NCBI GenBank assembly: GCA_902489855.1
Contig: CABUBS010000001.1
Coordinates: forward strand, 1-44,446
Direction: 5' to 3'
Source of the DNA: an uncultured Collinsella sp.
GTDB lineage: Bacteria > Actinomycetota > Coriobacteriia > Coriobacteriales > Coriobacteriaceae
Length of the DNA stretch: 44,446 nucleotides
Shown: positions 35,125 to 42,813 of the stretch, piece after piece
Layout: the number at the start of each line of letters is the position of its first letter
Numbering within the stretch: position 1 is the first letter of the stretch
Program-made: the position numbers and the translations under genes
Notes under the pieces: generated by a model
What the model saw: only the letters and a program-made list of their open reading frames with translations
The model's database searches: none
Told to the model about the DNA's origin: nothing

Positions 35125-36345
35125 ATGGCAAATAAGAAAAAGAACTCCGAGGCCGCGCCGACGCCCGAGCAGCAGGCCCGCGCTGCCTCCAGCTCTCGCA
35201 AGAAACAGCGCAAGACGTACGTGTCTAAGACCGTCAAGATCGTCCTGGTGGTCATCGGTGTGCTGGCGATGCTGCTTTCCGTCTCGGCGATGGCGTGCTC
35301 CGGCCTTATGTCGCAGGCCGAGGACACCTCGGGCTACAAGCTTACCGGCGGTGTCGCCGCCACCATCAACGGCACCAACCTCACCGAGGACACCGTGACC
35401 AAGCAGATCATGAGCATGCGCACGTCCTACGGTTACACCAAGGACAAGGACTGGGCGCAGTATCTGGTCGACAACGACCTGACGCCCAAAAAGTACCGCA
35501 AGCAGCTCATCGATTCCTACACGCAGCAGATTCTGCTCCAGCAGGCGCAGAAGGAAAACGGCGTGACGGTGTCGGACGAGGAGGTCGAGAAGGCATGGAA
35601 GGACGCGTGCAAGAGCGCGGGCGGTGCCAAGGCCTTTAAGAAGACCCTTAAGACCTACGGCTATACCGAGGACACCTACAAGGATTCGCTCAAGGAGAGC
35701 CTGGCGCAGCAAAAGCTTAAGGACGCCGTGGCGCCCACCAGTAAGCCCAAGGACAGCGAGATCGTCGATTACATCAACGAGAACCTGTCTAACTACAACG
35801 ATGCCCGCCGTTCGTCGAACATCCTGATCAAGGTCGATTCCGACGCGTCCGACGAGGACAAGGCCGCCGCCAAGGCCAAGGCGCAGGAGTGCCTGGACAA
35901 GATCAACTCCGGCGAGCTGAGCTTTGAGGACGCCGTGAAGCAGTACTCCGACGACACCGGCTCCAAGGAGAAGAAGGGCGATGTGGGTTGGGATAAGCTC
36001 ACTACCTTCGTCGACAGCTACCAGACGGCGCTCGAGGGACTCAACAAGGGCGATGTGAGCGACGTGGTTGAGTCGACGTACGGTTACCATGTCATCAAGT
36101 GCACCGACTACTTCCATGTCGATAGCCAGGTCGATGACATCAAGCAGGTACCCAAGGACATCAAGAAGTATATTTCCAACGTGGTGAAGACGCAGGCGGC
36201 CAGCACTGCATACAGCGAGTGGCTGGAACAGTACAAGAAGGACGCCGACATCACCGTCAACCCCATGCCCAAGGACGTACCGTACAACGTCAGCCTGAAG
36301 GGCGTCACCAAGAGTTCGACCGACGATTCGTCGACGACTGAGTAA
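35125..36345 (+). CDS. PrsA/SurA-like parvulin peptidyl-prolyl isomerase, membrane anchored
   Basis: TM segment ending AMAC, SurA-like N domain, SSNILI...FEDAVKQYSDD...GDVGW...STYGYHVIK. Confidence 0.88.
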   Translation: MANKKKNSEAAPTPEQQARAASSSRKKQRKTYVSKTVKIVLVVIGVLAMLLSVSAMACSGLMSQAEDTSGYKLTGGVAATINGTNLTEDTVTKQIMSMRTSYGYTKDKDWAQYLVDNDLTPKKYRKQLIDSYTQQILLQQAQKENGVTVSDEEVEKAWKDACKSAGGAKAFKKTLKTYGYTEDTYKDSLKESLAQQKLKDAVAPTSKPKDSEIVDYINENLSNYNDARRSSNILIKVDSDASDEDKAAAKAKAQECLDKINSGELSFEDAVKQYSDDTGSKEKKGDVGWDKLTTFVDSYQTALEGLNKGDVSDVVESTYGYHVIKCTDYFHVDSQVDDIKQVPKDIKKYISNVVKTQAASTAYSEWLEQYKKDADITVNPMPKDVPYNVSLKGVTKSSTDDSSTTE

Positions 36346-36399
36346 TCATGGGGCGGCGCTCGTGCGAGTGCCGCCCACACTATTGAGGAGGATTTGCAG

Positions 36400-36843
36400 A
36401 TGACCAACGAAGAGCTGCAGCAGGAAATGATTGCGGCCATGAAGGCCAAGGACAAGGTTCGCCTGTCTATCATTCGCCAGGTCAAGGCCGAGGTGAAGAA
36501 TATCGAGGTTAACGAGCGCCGCGACGTGACCGAGGAAGACGTCAACAGCATGATCAAGCGTCTGATTAAGCAGACGAGCGAGACGCTGGAGATGTCCATT
36601 AAGGCCGGTACCGACCAGGAGCGTACCGACAACCTGACCGAGCAGGTCAAGATCCTGGAGAGCCTGCTGCCCGCGCAGGTTTCGGGCGAGGAGCTCGAGG
36701 CCCTGATCGAGCAGGTCATCGCCGAGCTGGACGCGACCTCTAAGAAGCAGATGGGCCAGGTCATGGGCGCTCTGGGCAAGGCCACCGGCGGCAACTTCGA
36801 TAAGCCGGCCGCGGCAAAGATCGTCGGTGCAAAATTGGCGTAA
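36400..36843 (+). CDS. GatB/YqeY domain protein
   Basis: AMKAKDKVRLSIIR, LPAQ, KQMGQVMG. Confidence 0.92.
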   Translation: MTNEELQQEMIAAMKAKDKVRLSIIRQVKAEVKNIEVNERRDVTEEDVNSMIKRLIKQTSETLEMSIKAGTDQERTDNLTEQVKILESLLPAQVSGEELEALIEQVIAELDATSKKQMGQVMGALGKATGGNFDKPAAAKIVGAKLA

Positions 36844-36870
36844 GCGCCGGCCGACACATAGCCGATGCTG

Positions 36871-36904
36871 AGGGGCGTGACCATTGCGGTCGCGCCCCTT
36901 TTTT
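36871..36904 (+). terminator. Intrinsic terminator
   Basis: aggggcgtgacc/ggtcgcgcccct plus TTTTT. Confidence 0.8.
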
Positions 36905-36911
36905 GGCTGGG

Positions 36912-36971
36912 TACTCATTGGGGACAGACTTAAATGAGTAGGTACTCATTTAAGTCTGTCCCCAATGAGTA
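36912..36971. repeat. Perfect 29-bp inverted doublet of GGGGACAG-loop hairpins
   Basis: tactcattGGGGACAGacttaaatgagta-gg-exact reverse complement. Confidence 0.9.
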
Positions 36972-37075
36972 GGTGGAAGGTTGCGGGTTCTTTACGGGGA
37001 TGTAGTGTGGGCTGCGGAAACGTGGTTCTTTCCGTACAATAGTTCAACTCGTGTAAACGCAGGGAAGGGACATTC

Positions 37076-37807
37076 ATGGCAGACATGATCGAGATCAAGC
37101 ATCTCAACAAGTACTTTGGCGACCTGCATGTGCTCAAAGATATCAACCTCACCGTCAAGCGCGGTGAGAAGCTCGTAATGATCGGGCCTTCCGGCTCGGG
37201 TAAGTCGACGCTCATCCGTTGCGTCGATTATCTGGAGGAGCCCACGTCGGGCGAGGTCGTCATCGACGGTACGCCGCTCACCAAAAAGAACCACCTGGAG
37301 ATGGCTCGCAAGTATAGTTCCATGGTGTTTCAGCAGTTCAACCTGTATCCCAACATGACGGTGCTCGGCAACCTGACGCTCGCGCCCATCAAGCTACAAA
37401 AGAAGAGCAAGGAGGAGGCGACCGAGATCGCCATCGCCGCGCTCAAGCGCGTCGGCATGGCGCATAAGGCCGGCGAGTATCCGCAGAATCTCTCGGGCGG
37501 TCAGCAGCAGCGCATCGCCATCGCCCGTGCCCTGTGCACCAAGCAACCCATCATCCTGTTTGACGAACCGACCTCGGCGCTCGACCCCGAGATGGTCCAG
37601 GAGGTTCTGGACGTTATGATTGAGCTCGCGCAGGAGGACATCACCATGATCTGCGTGACGCACGAGATGGGCTTTGCGCGCCAGGTGGCCGACCGCGTCA
37701 TCTTTATGGAGGACGGCCGCATCCTGGAGGAGGGCACGCCCGAGCACTTCTTCGATAACCCCGAGAACCCGCGCTGCCGCGAGTTCCTGTCCAAGATTCT
37801 GCACTAG
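37076..37807 (+). CDS. Polar amino-acid ABC transporter ATPase (GlnQ-like)
   Basis: [35 protein letters not shown]. Confidence 0.95.
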   Translation: MADMIEIKHLNKYFGDLHVLKDINLTVKRGEKLVMIGPSGSGKSTLIRCVDYLEEPTSGEVVIDGTPLTKKNHLEMARKYSSMVFQQFNLYPNMTVLGNLTLAPIKLQKKSKEEATEIAIAALKRVGMAHKAGEYPQNLSGGQQQRIAIARALCTKQPIILFDEPTSALDPEMVQEVLDVMIELAQEDITMICVTHEMGFARQVADRVIFMEDGRILEEGTPEHFFDNPENPRCREFLSKILH

Positions 37808-37812
37808 GCGCG

Positions 37813-38691
37813 GTGATGGACATGACGGATATGACGAGGGCGGCCGTGTCGCGCCGTCGCTTTTTGCAGCTGGCGGGCGCCGGCATGCTTGCGCTGACGG
37901 GGACCGCGCTTGCCGGTTGCGGCAACTCCACCAGCGGCGAGGGCTCCGACAAGGGGTCCAAGCTTGCGGCCATCAAGTCGCGTGGCCATCTGAATGCCGG
38001 CGTTAAGAAGGACGTTCCCGGCTACGGTTATTACGACACCGCCAAGGGCCGCTTTGAAGGCATGGAAGTCGATTTGTGCTATCAGATCGCCGCTGCCGTC
38101 TTTGGCGTGAGCTATAAGGAGGCCCGCGCTCAGGAGCTTGTCGAGTTTACCGACGTAACGCCCAAGACGCGCGGCCCGCTGATCGATAACGGCCAGCTCG
38201 ATGTGGTCGCGGCGACCTACACCATCACCGACGAGCGCAAGAAGAGCTGGGATTTCTCGACGCCGTACCGCACCGACTACGTGGGACTCATGGTCAAGAA
38301 GCGTTCGGGCTTTACCTCGATTGAGGACTTGGACGGCAAGGTCATTGGCGTGAGCCAGGGCGCCACCACGCAGGGCCTGATCGAGCAGATGATCAAGGAC
38401 AACGGCTTTAGCTGCAAGCCCGAGTTTAGGGCCTTTAGCGGCTACCCCATCATCAAGAGTTCGCTCGACGCCGGCAATATCGACGTCTTTGCCATGGACC
38501 GCTCCACGCTGGCCGGCTATATGAACGAGACCGTTGAGTTGCTGCAGCCCGAGGTCAAGTTTGGCGAGCAGGGCTACGGCGTGGCGACTAAGAAGGGCTG
38601 CGACCTTTCGGCCGTGGTCGATCAGGTGATTTGCGATCGCCTGGCCGATGGCTGGCTCGACCAAGAGGTCAAGACCTGGGGTCTTGTATAG
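37813..38691 (+). CDS. Polar amino-acid (Glu/Asp-like) binding lipoprotein with Tat signal
   Basis: SRRRFL twin-arginine motif, LAGC lipobox, ATYTITDERKK. Confidence 0.9.
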   Translation: MMDMTDMTRAAVSRRRFLQLAGAGMLALTGTALAGCGNSTSGEGSDKGSKLAAIKSRGHLNAGVKKDVPGYGYYDTAKGRFEGMEVDLCYQIAAAVFGVSYKEARAQELVEFTDVTPKTRGPLIDNGQLDVVAATYTITDERKKSWDFSTPYRTDYVGLMVKKRSGFTSIEDLDGKVIGVSQGATTQGLIEQMIKDNGFSCKPEFRAFSGYPIIKSSLDAGNIDVFAMDRSTLAGYMNETVELLQPEVKFGEQGYGVATKKGCDLSAVVDQVICDRLADGWLDQEVKTWGLV

Positions 38692-38716
38692 GCGCATCGT
38701 CCAAGGAAGGAATCAA

Positions 38717-39463
38717 ATGCTCGAAGGATTATTTGACGCCGACCGTTGGTCGACGACATTTCAAAACATGGGACCCTTCTGGGAGGGCTTTGGCGTGACG
38801 CTGCAAGTGGTCGTTGCCGGCCTGCTGCTGTCGCTGGTGCTGGGTACGCTGCTGGGCGTGTTCTCTACCACTCGCTCGCGCGTGCTGCGCGCCATAAGCC
38901 GCGTGTACGTCGAGTTTTACCAGAACACCCCGTTGCCCGTGCAGGTGCTCTTTATGTACATGGCCGGTCCGCAGTTTTTGCAGGCCATGACCGGTGCCGA
39001 CCAGCCGGTGCGCATCGCGCCGTTCGTGCTGGGCTTCTTGGGCGTGGGCCTGTATCACGCGGCCTACATTTCGGAGGTCATCCGCACTGGTATCGAGGCG
39101 GTTCCGCGCGGTCAGATGGAGGCGGCCCAGAGCCAGGGCTTCACCCGTGCGCAGGCGTACTGGTACATCGTGCTGCCCCAGACGTTCAAGATCATTCTGC
39201 CGCCGCTGTGTAACCAGGCGCTCAACCTGGTCAAGAACACGTCGGTGCTGGCGCTTGTGGCCGGCGGCGACCTTATGTACCGTTCCGACAACTTTGTGAG
39301 CCTGTACGGTTACCTGCAGGGATACATCGTCTGCTGCCTTATGTACTTCATCATCTGCTTTCCGCTCGCCATGCTGGTGCAGTGGCTCGAGCGCCGCTCC
39401 AAGGAGCGTCCGCGCGGCGTGAGCCTGGCCGAGCTGGGGCTCGACAACGTAGAGGAGGCCTAG
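38717..39463 (+). CDS. Amino-acid ABC permease
   Basis: YVEFYQNTP, EAAQSQG, KNTS. Confidence 0.93.
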   Translation: MLEGLFDADRWSTTFQNMGPFWEGFGVTLQVVVAGLLLSLVLGTLLGVFSTTRSRVLRAISRVYVEFYQNTPLPVQVLFMYMAGPQFLQAMTGADQPVRIAPFVLGFLGVGLYHAAYISEVIRTGIEAVPRGQMEAAQSQGFTRAQAYWYIVLPQTFKIILPPLCNQALNLVKNTSVLALVAGGDLMYRSDNFVSLYGYLQGYIVCCLMYFIICFPLAMLVQWLERRSKERPRGVSLAELGLDNVEEA

Positions 39464-39466
39464 CGC

Positions 39467-40105
39467 ATGGAAATCTTCAACGCGACCAACCTGCTCTACA
39501 TTTGGGGCGGCTTTGTTAAGACGATCGAGATCTCGGCGCTGTCGATCTTTTTCTCGCTCATCTTTGGCACGGTGCTGGCGCTCGTTAAAAGCTATGCGCC
39601 CCGCCCGTTCCGTATTTTGGTGAGCGCCTATATCGAGCTGTTCCGTTGCACGCCGAACCTGCTGTGGATCCTGTTTATCTACTTTACGGTGCAGGGTTTG
39701 GACATTGTGATTTCGACCATCGCCTTTACGCTGTTTACCAGCGCTGTTATGGCCGAGATTGTGCGCGGCGGCCTCAACTCGATTCCGCGCGGCCAGTTTG
39801 AGGCGGCGCAGAGCCAGGGCTTCGGCTTCTTTGCCACCATGCGCTACATCATTCTGCCGCAGACGTTTAAGACGATCATCCCAGCGCTGTTTAGCCAGTG
39901 CACGACCGTCATTAAGGACAGCTCGTATCTTTCGGGCATTAACGTGGCCGAGCTCATGTACACGGCAAATGTCGTGATGGCCCATGCGATCGACCTGTCG
40001 CAGGTGCTTATGCTCTACGGCCTGGTGTTTGCGATGTACTTTGTGCTCAACTTTGGTATCTCGTTGCTGGTGAGAGCATATCAGAGGCGAATGGTGGCAG
40101 CGTAG
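39467..40105 (+). CDS. Amino-acid ABC permease
   Basis: YIELFRCTP, EIVRGG...GQFEAAQSQG, IKDSS. Confidence 0.93.
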   Translation: MEIFNATNLLYIWGGFVKTIEISALSIFFSLIFGTVLALVKSYAPRPFRILVSAYIELFRCTPNLLWILFIYFTVQGLDIVISTIAFTLFTSAVMAEIVRGGLNSIPRGQFEAAQSQGFGFFATMRYIILPQTFKTIIPALFSQCTTVIKDSSYLSGINVAELMYTANVVMAHAIDLSQVLMLYGLVFAMYFVLNFGISLLVRAYQRRMVAA

Positions 40106-40106
40106 A

Positions 40107-40137
40107 ATGTGACAAAGGGACAGCCCCTTTGTCACAT
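40107..40137 (+). repeat. GGGACRG-loop hairpin (REP-like)
   Basis: atgtgacaaa-GGGACAGcccc-tttgtcacat. Confidence 0.8.
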
Positions 40138-40153
40138 AGAGAAAGGAATCGCG

Positions 40154-40777
40154 ATGAGCGATCTGGAGAACAAGAAGAATCCTGTGGTCATTACCATCGC
40201 GCGCGACTTTGGCGCCGAGGGCCACGAGATTGGTCGCATGCTTGCCGACGAGTTGGGGATTCCGCTGTACGATAACGAGCTGCTGGTACGTGCTTCGCTG
40301 CGCACAGGCGAGTCGCTCGACAAGATGGCCGCTTACGACGAGCGCCTGGCCGTGGAGAACATGGCGTTTCTGCCCGACCGCTACGATGCGCGTTCGTACT
40401 CGGACAAGTTGTTCCAAAAGATGAGCCAGGTGATTTTGGATCTGGGCGAGACCGAGAGCTGCATTATCGAAGGCCGCCTGTCCGATTACCTGTTGCGTAA
40501 CAACCCCAATCACATTGCCGTATTGGTGACCGCTCCCTTTGAGGACCGCGTCGAGATTGTGCGCAAGAAGCGTGGCCTTAACAAAAAGAAGGGCGCCAAG
40601 CTGGTCAAGCAGCAGCAGAAGGCGCGCGAGGCGTTCTATAAGCGCTACAGCGCCGGAAAGTGGAAGATGACGAGCGGTAAAGACATCGTCGTCAACCGTG
40701 CTAAGCTGGGCCGCGAGGGCTGTAAAGACGTCATCGCCGCCGCCTACCGCTACAAAGTGGCCCAGCTCGAAGGCTAA
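40154..40777 (+). CDS. Cytidylate kinase-like family protein
   Basis: VITIARDFGAEGHEIG...LGIPLYD, CIIEGR. Confidence 0.85.
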   Translation: MSDLENKKNPVVITIARDFGAEGHEIGRMLADELGIPLYDNELLVRASLRTGESLDKMAAYDERLAVENMAFLPDRYDARSYSDKLFQKMSQVILDLGETESCIIEGRLSDYLLRNNPNHIAVLVTAPFEDRVEIVRKKRGLNKKKGAKLVKQQQKAREAFYKRYSAGKWKMTSGKDIVVNRAKLGREGCKDVIAAAYRYKVAQLEG

Positions 40778-40782
40778 CCGAT

Positions 40783-40828
40783 CAAAAACCACCACAAAGG
40801 GGACAGTGCATCTTTGTGGTGGTTTTTG
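40783..40828 (+). repeat. GGGACRG-loop hairpin, ccaccacaaa-stem copy 1
   Basis: Perfect 17-bp stem caaaaaccaccacaaag/ctttgtggtggtttttg. Confidence 0.9.
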
Positions 40829-40870
40829 CTTTAGGCGGAGGAGGCTGGAAGGTATCACTGCCGGCTGCGC

Positions 40871-40946
40871 GCTCAAAGAACTCAACGCTGCTCAAAAAAC
40901 TCAAAGATGCTCAAAGAACTCAAGGGTGCTCAAAAAACTCAAGGGC
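40871..40946 (+). repeat. Tandem repeat, 4 x 19 bp
   Basis: gctcaaagaactcaacgct, gctcaaaaaactcaaagat, gctcaaagaactcaagggt, gctcaaaaaactcaagggc. Confidence 0.9.
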
Positions 40947-40969
40947 GGGCACCGCTTAGTTTCCTTTAC

Positions 40970-41108
40970 TGTCTCGATCTGTAACATCTGGGTGGTTAAA
41001 TCGTCTCTATCTGTTACAGATTTAGATAAAACGCGGAGCCGAGTGGGGAAATCTAAATCTGTAACAGCTGGCCTGCTATTTGGGGTCTAGATGTTACAGA
41101 TTGAGACA
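40970..41108. repeat. 139-bp nested inverted-repeat element
   Basis: Outer 22-bp IR (40970-40991/41087-41108, 2 mismatches); inner perfect 17-bp IR (41011-41027/41051-41067). Confidence 0.85.
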
Positions 41109-41137
41109 AACTGGTGGAGAGAGCTGCCGTGTCGTTC

Positions 41138-41176
41138 AAACCACCACAAAGGGGACGGGCACCTTTGCGGTGGTTT
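41138..41176 (+). repeat. GGGACRG-loop hairpin, ccaccacaaa-stem copy 2
   Basis: aaaccaccacaaaggGGACGGgcacctttgcggtggttt. Confidence 0.9.
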
Positions 41177-41181
41177 TTGTT

Positions 41182-42585
41182 TTAGGCGGAGGGGAAGGCT
41201 TTGGTGAGGCCGGCGCGCGTTTGCGTGTCGGTCTTTTGGTAGATGGAGCTCAGGTGACGCTGGACCATGCGCATCGAGATGCCGAGCTCCTCGGCAATCT
41301 GCTTGAGCGGGCGCTCGTCTTGGGTTACAGCTATGAGCACGTCGACTTCGCGCGGGGTGAGAGCGTGGTTGGCGATGAAGGCCTGGCGCTGTTCCTCGAT
41401 GCTGGGTGCAGCGAGTGCCTCCTCGGCGAGCTGTTGATGTTCGCGCTCCTGCTCGGTTTGGGGTAGACGGAACAGCCCCGCAGCTACAAATGCCACGCTC
41501 GCCGCCACAAGCAGCACGAGCGCGCCGATCATGATGAGGGCGACATTGCCCGAGGTGACCAGTGCCAGCGAGATGCCCGATGTGGTGAATGCACATGCAT
41601 TGTTGGCGGCGCGGCCCATGCCAGCCCACAAAGCCGGAGTGTGCATACGCGGTGCCAGCTGCGTAAACGTGGCGGTGAAGAATGTGACGAAAAAGCCCGA
41701 GCTCAGATAAAAGACGATGAGGCCCAGGTTGGGATCGGCACCAGCTTCCACGGCCAAGATTGAGATGGTGGAGAGCACCGTGACACCGAGCATGACAGGA
41801 CCCATGTAGCGACGCTCGGCAAGATCAAAAACGATGCCGGCAGCTAGACCGCTCGCTGCCAAAAAGAGGCGCGGCCAGGTCTGCACGGCGATGGTGCCGT
41901 GAGCGTTGGAGAACGTGACGACGTTATCGAGCGTTGAGAACAGACAGGCCAAGATCATGACGAGCGCGATGCTCCAACACGCCTGCTTGGCGAGGACGTG
42001 TGAGGGCTCGGTAAAAGGGTTGATGGTGGAGCTGGGGTTCTCATCTGCCTCTTGGGGCGCGGCGCTGAGGGCGGAGATGATGATCGTCGCCGCGCCAAGA
42101 ATGATGAGCTCAACGATGCCGCCGCAATCGAGCAGGTTAAGGGCAAACTGCAGGAGGATGCCTGCGGCATAGGCCGCCCCCGCGCCGGTTGCGAGCTTGG
42201 GGTCGTCTTGGAATGCCAACGCAAAGGCGCGATGCGCAGCGGCGCCCAGCAGGCCGAGCCCAAAGAATACCACGCACCCCAGAATCTCGAGCGCAAGTGG
42301 ACCTGTGGGGGATTGAATCTGGGTTAGCCCAACAATGGCGATAGGGACAGCAGCGGTGGCGATTGCCTTGGGCTGGCTTTTGCGCTGAGCGAGGGCCAGT
42401 AACGGCGCGTATCCGATAAAGCCGATAACGCTGGCACCCAGGATAAAGCCTTGCGCGAGCACAACGCGCTCGGCACCGGCGAGCAGCCCGACATTGATGT
42501 CGAAGCGAAACTCGGCGGCAAGGAAGACAAAGGTAAAGAGCGCGAGGGCTAGAAGCGCGTTGATTTTAGGCTTGCTCAGGTTCAA
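41182..42585 (-). CDS. Multi-pass membrane regulator with C-terminal LuxR-type HTH
   Basis: About 12 hydrophobic segments, then LTPREVDVL...LKQIAEELGISMRMVQRHLSSIYQKT. Confidence 0.9.
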   Translation of the reverse strand: MNLSKPKINALLALALFTFVFLAAEFRFDINVGLLAGAERVVLAQGFILGASVIGFIGYAPLLALAQRKSQPKAIATAAVPIAIVGLTQIQSPTGPLALEILGCVVFFGLGLLGAAAHRAFALAFQDDPKLATGAGAAYAAGILLQFALNLLDCGGIVELIILGAATIIISALSAAPQEADENPSSTINPFTEPSHVLAKQACWSIALVMILACLFSTLDNVVTFSNAHGTIAVQTWPRLFLAASGLAAGIVFDLAERRYMGPVMLGVTVLSTISILAVEAGADPNLGLIVFYLSSGFFVTFFTATFTQLAPRMHTPALWAGMGRAANNACAFTTSGISLALVTSGNVALIMIGALVLLVAASVAFVAAGLFRLPQTEQEREHQQLAEEALAAPSIEEQRQAFIANHALTPREVDVLIAVTQDERPLKQIAEELGISMRMVQRHLSSIYQKTDTQTRAGLTKAFPSA

Positions 42586-42748
42586 GAACGGTCCTTTGGG
42601 TGGACGGAATAATCATGCCCTCGATTGTAGCGCCCTAAGGCGAAGACACCGACAACGAAATCCATTCGAATGAAACCGCAGGTAGCCATAGGGGTTCACA
42701 TCTACGAACCTAGGCGTATGCGATTGCTTGGCACATGGTGAGACTAGG

Positions 42749-42786
42749 AAAACCACCACAAAGGGGACAGGCACCTTTGTGGTGGT
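42749..42786 (+). repeat. GGGACRG-loop hairpin, ccaccacaaa-stem copy 3
   Basis: accaccacaaaggGGACAGgcacctttgtggtggt. Confidence 0.9.
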
Positions 42787-42813
42787 ATGGTCCATCGACC
42801 GAGGGAGGCCCCT

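Noticed and set aside
40783..41192. Possible CRISPR array
   Set aside because: The 19-bp units have no spacers, the hairpin copies are 350 bp to 1.6 kb apart, and there are no cas genes.
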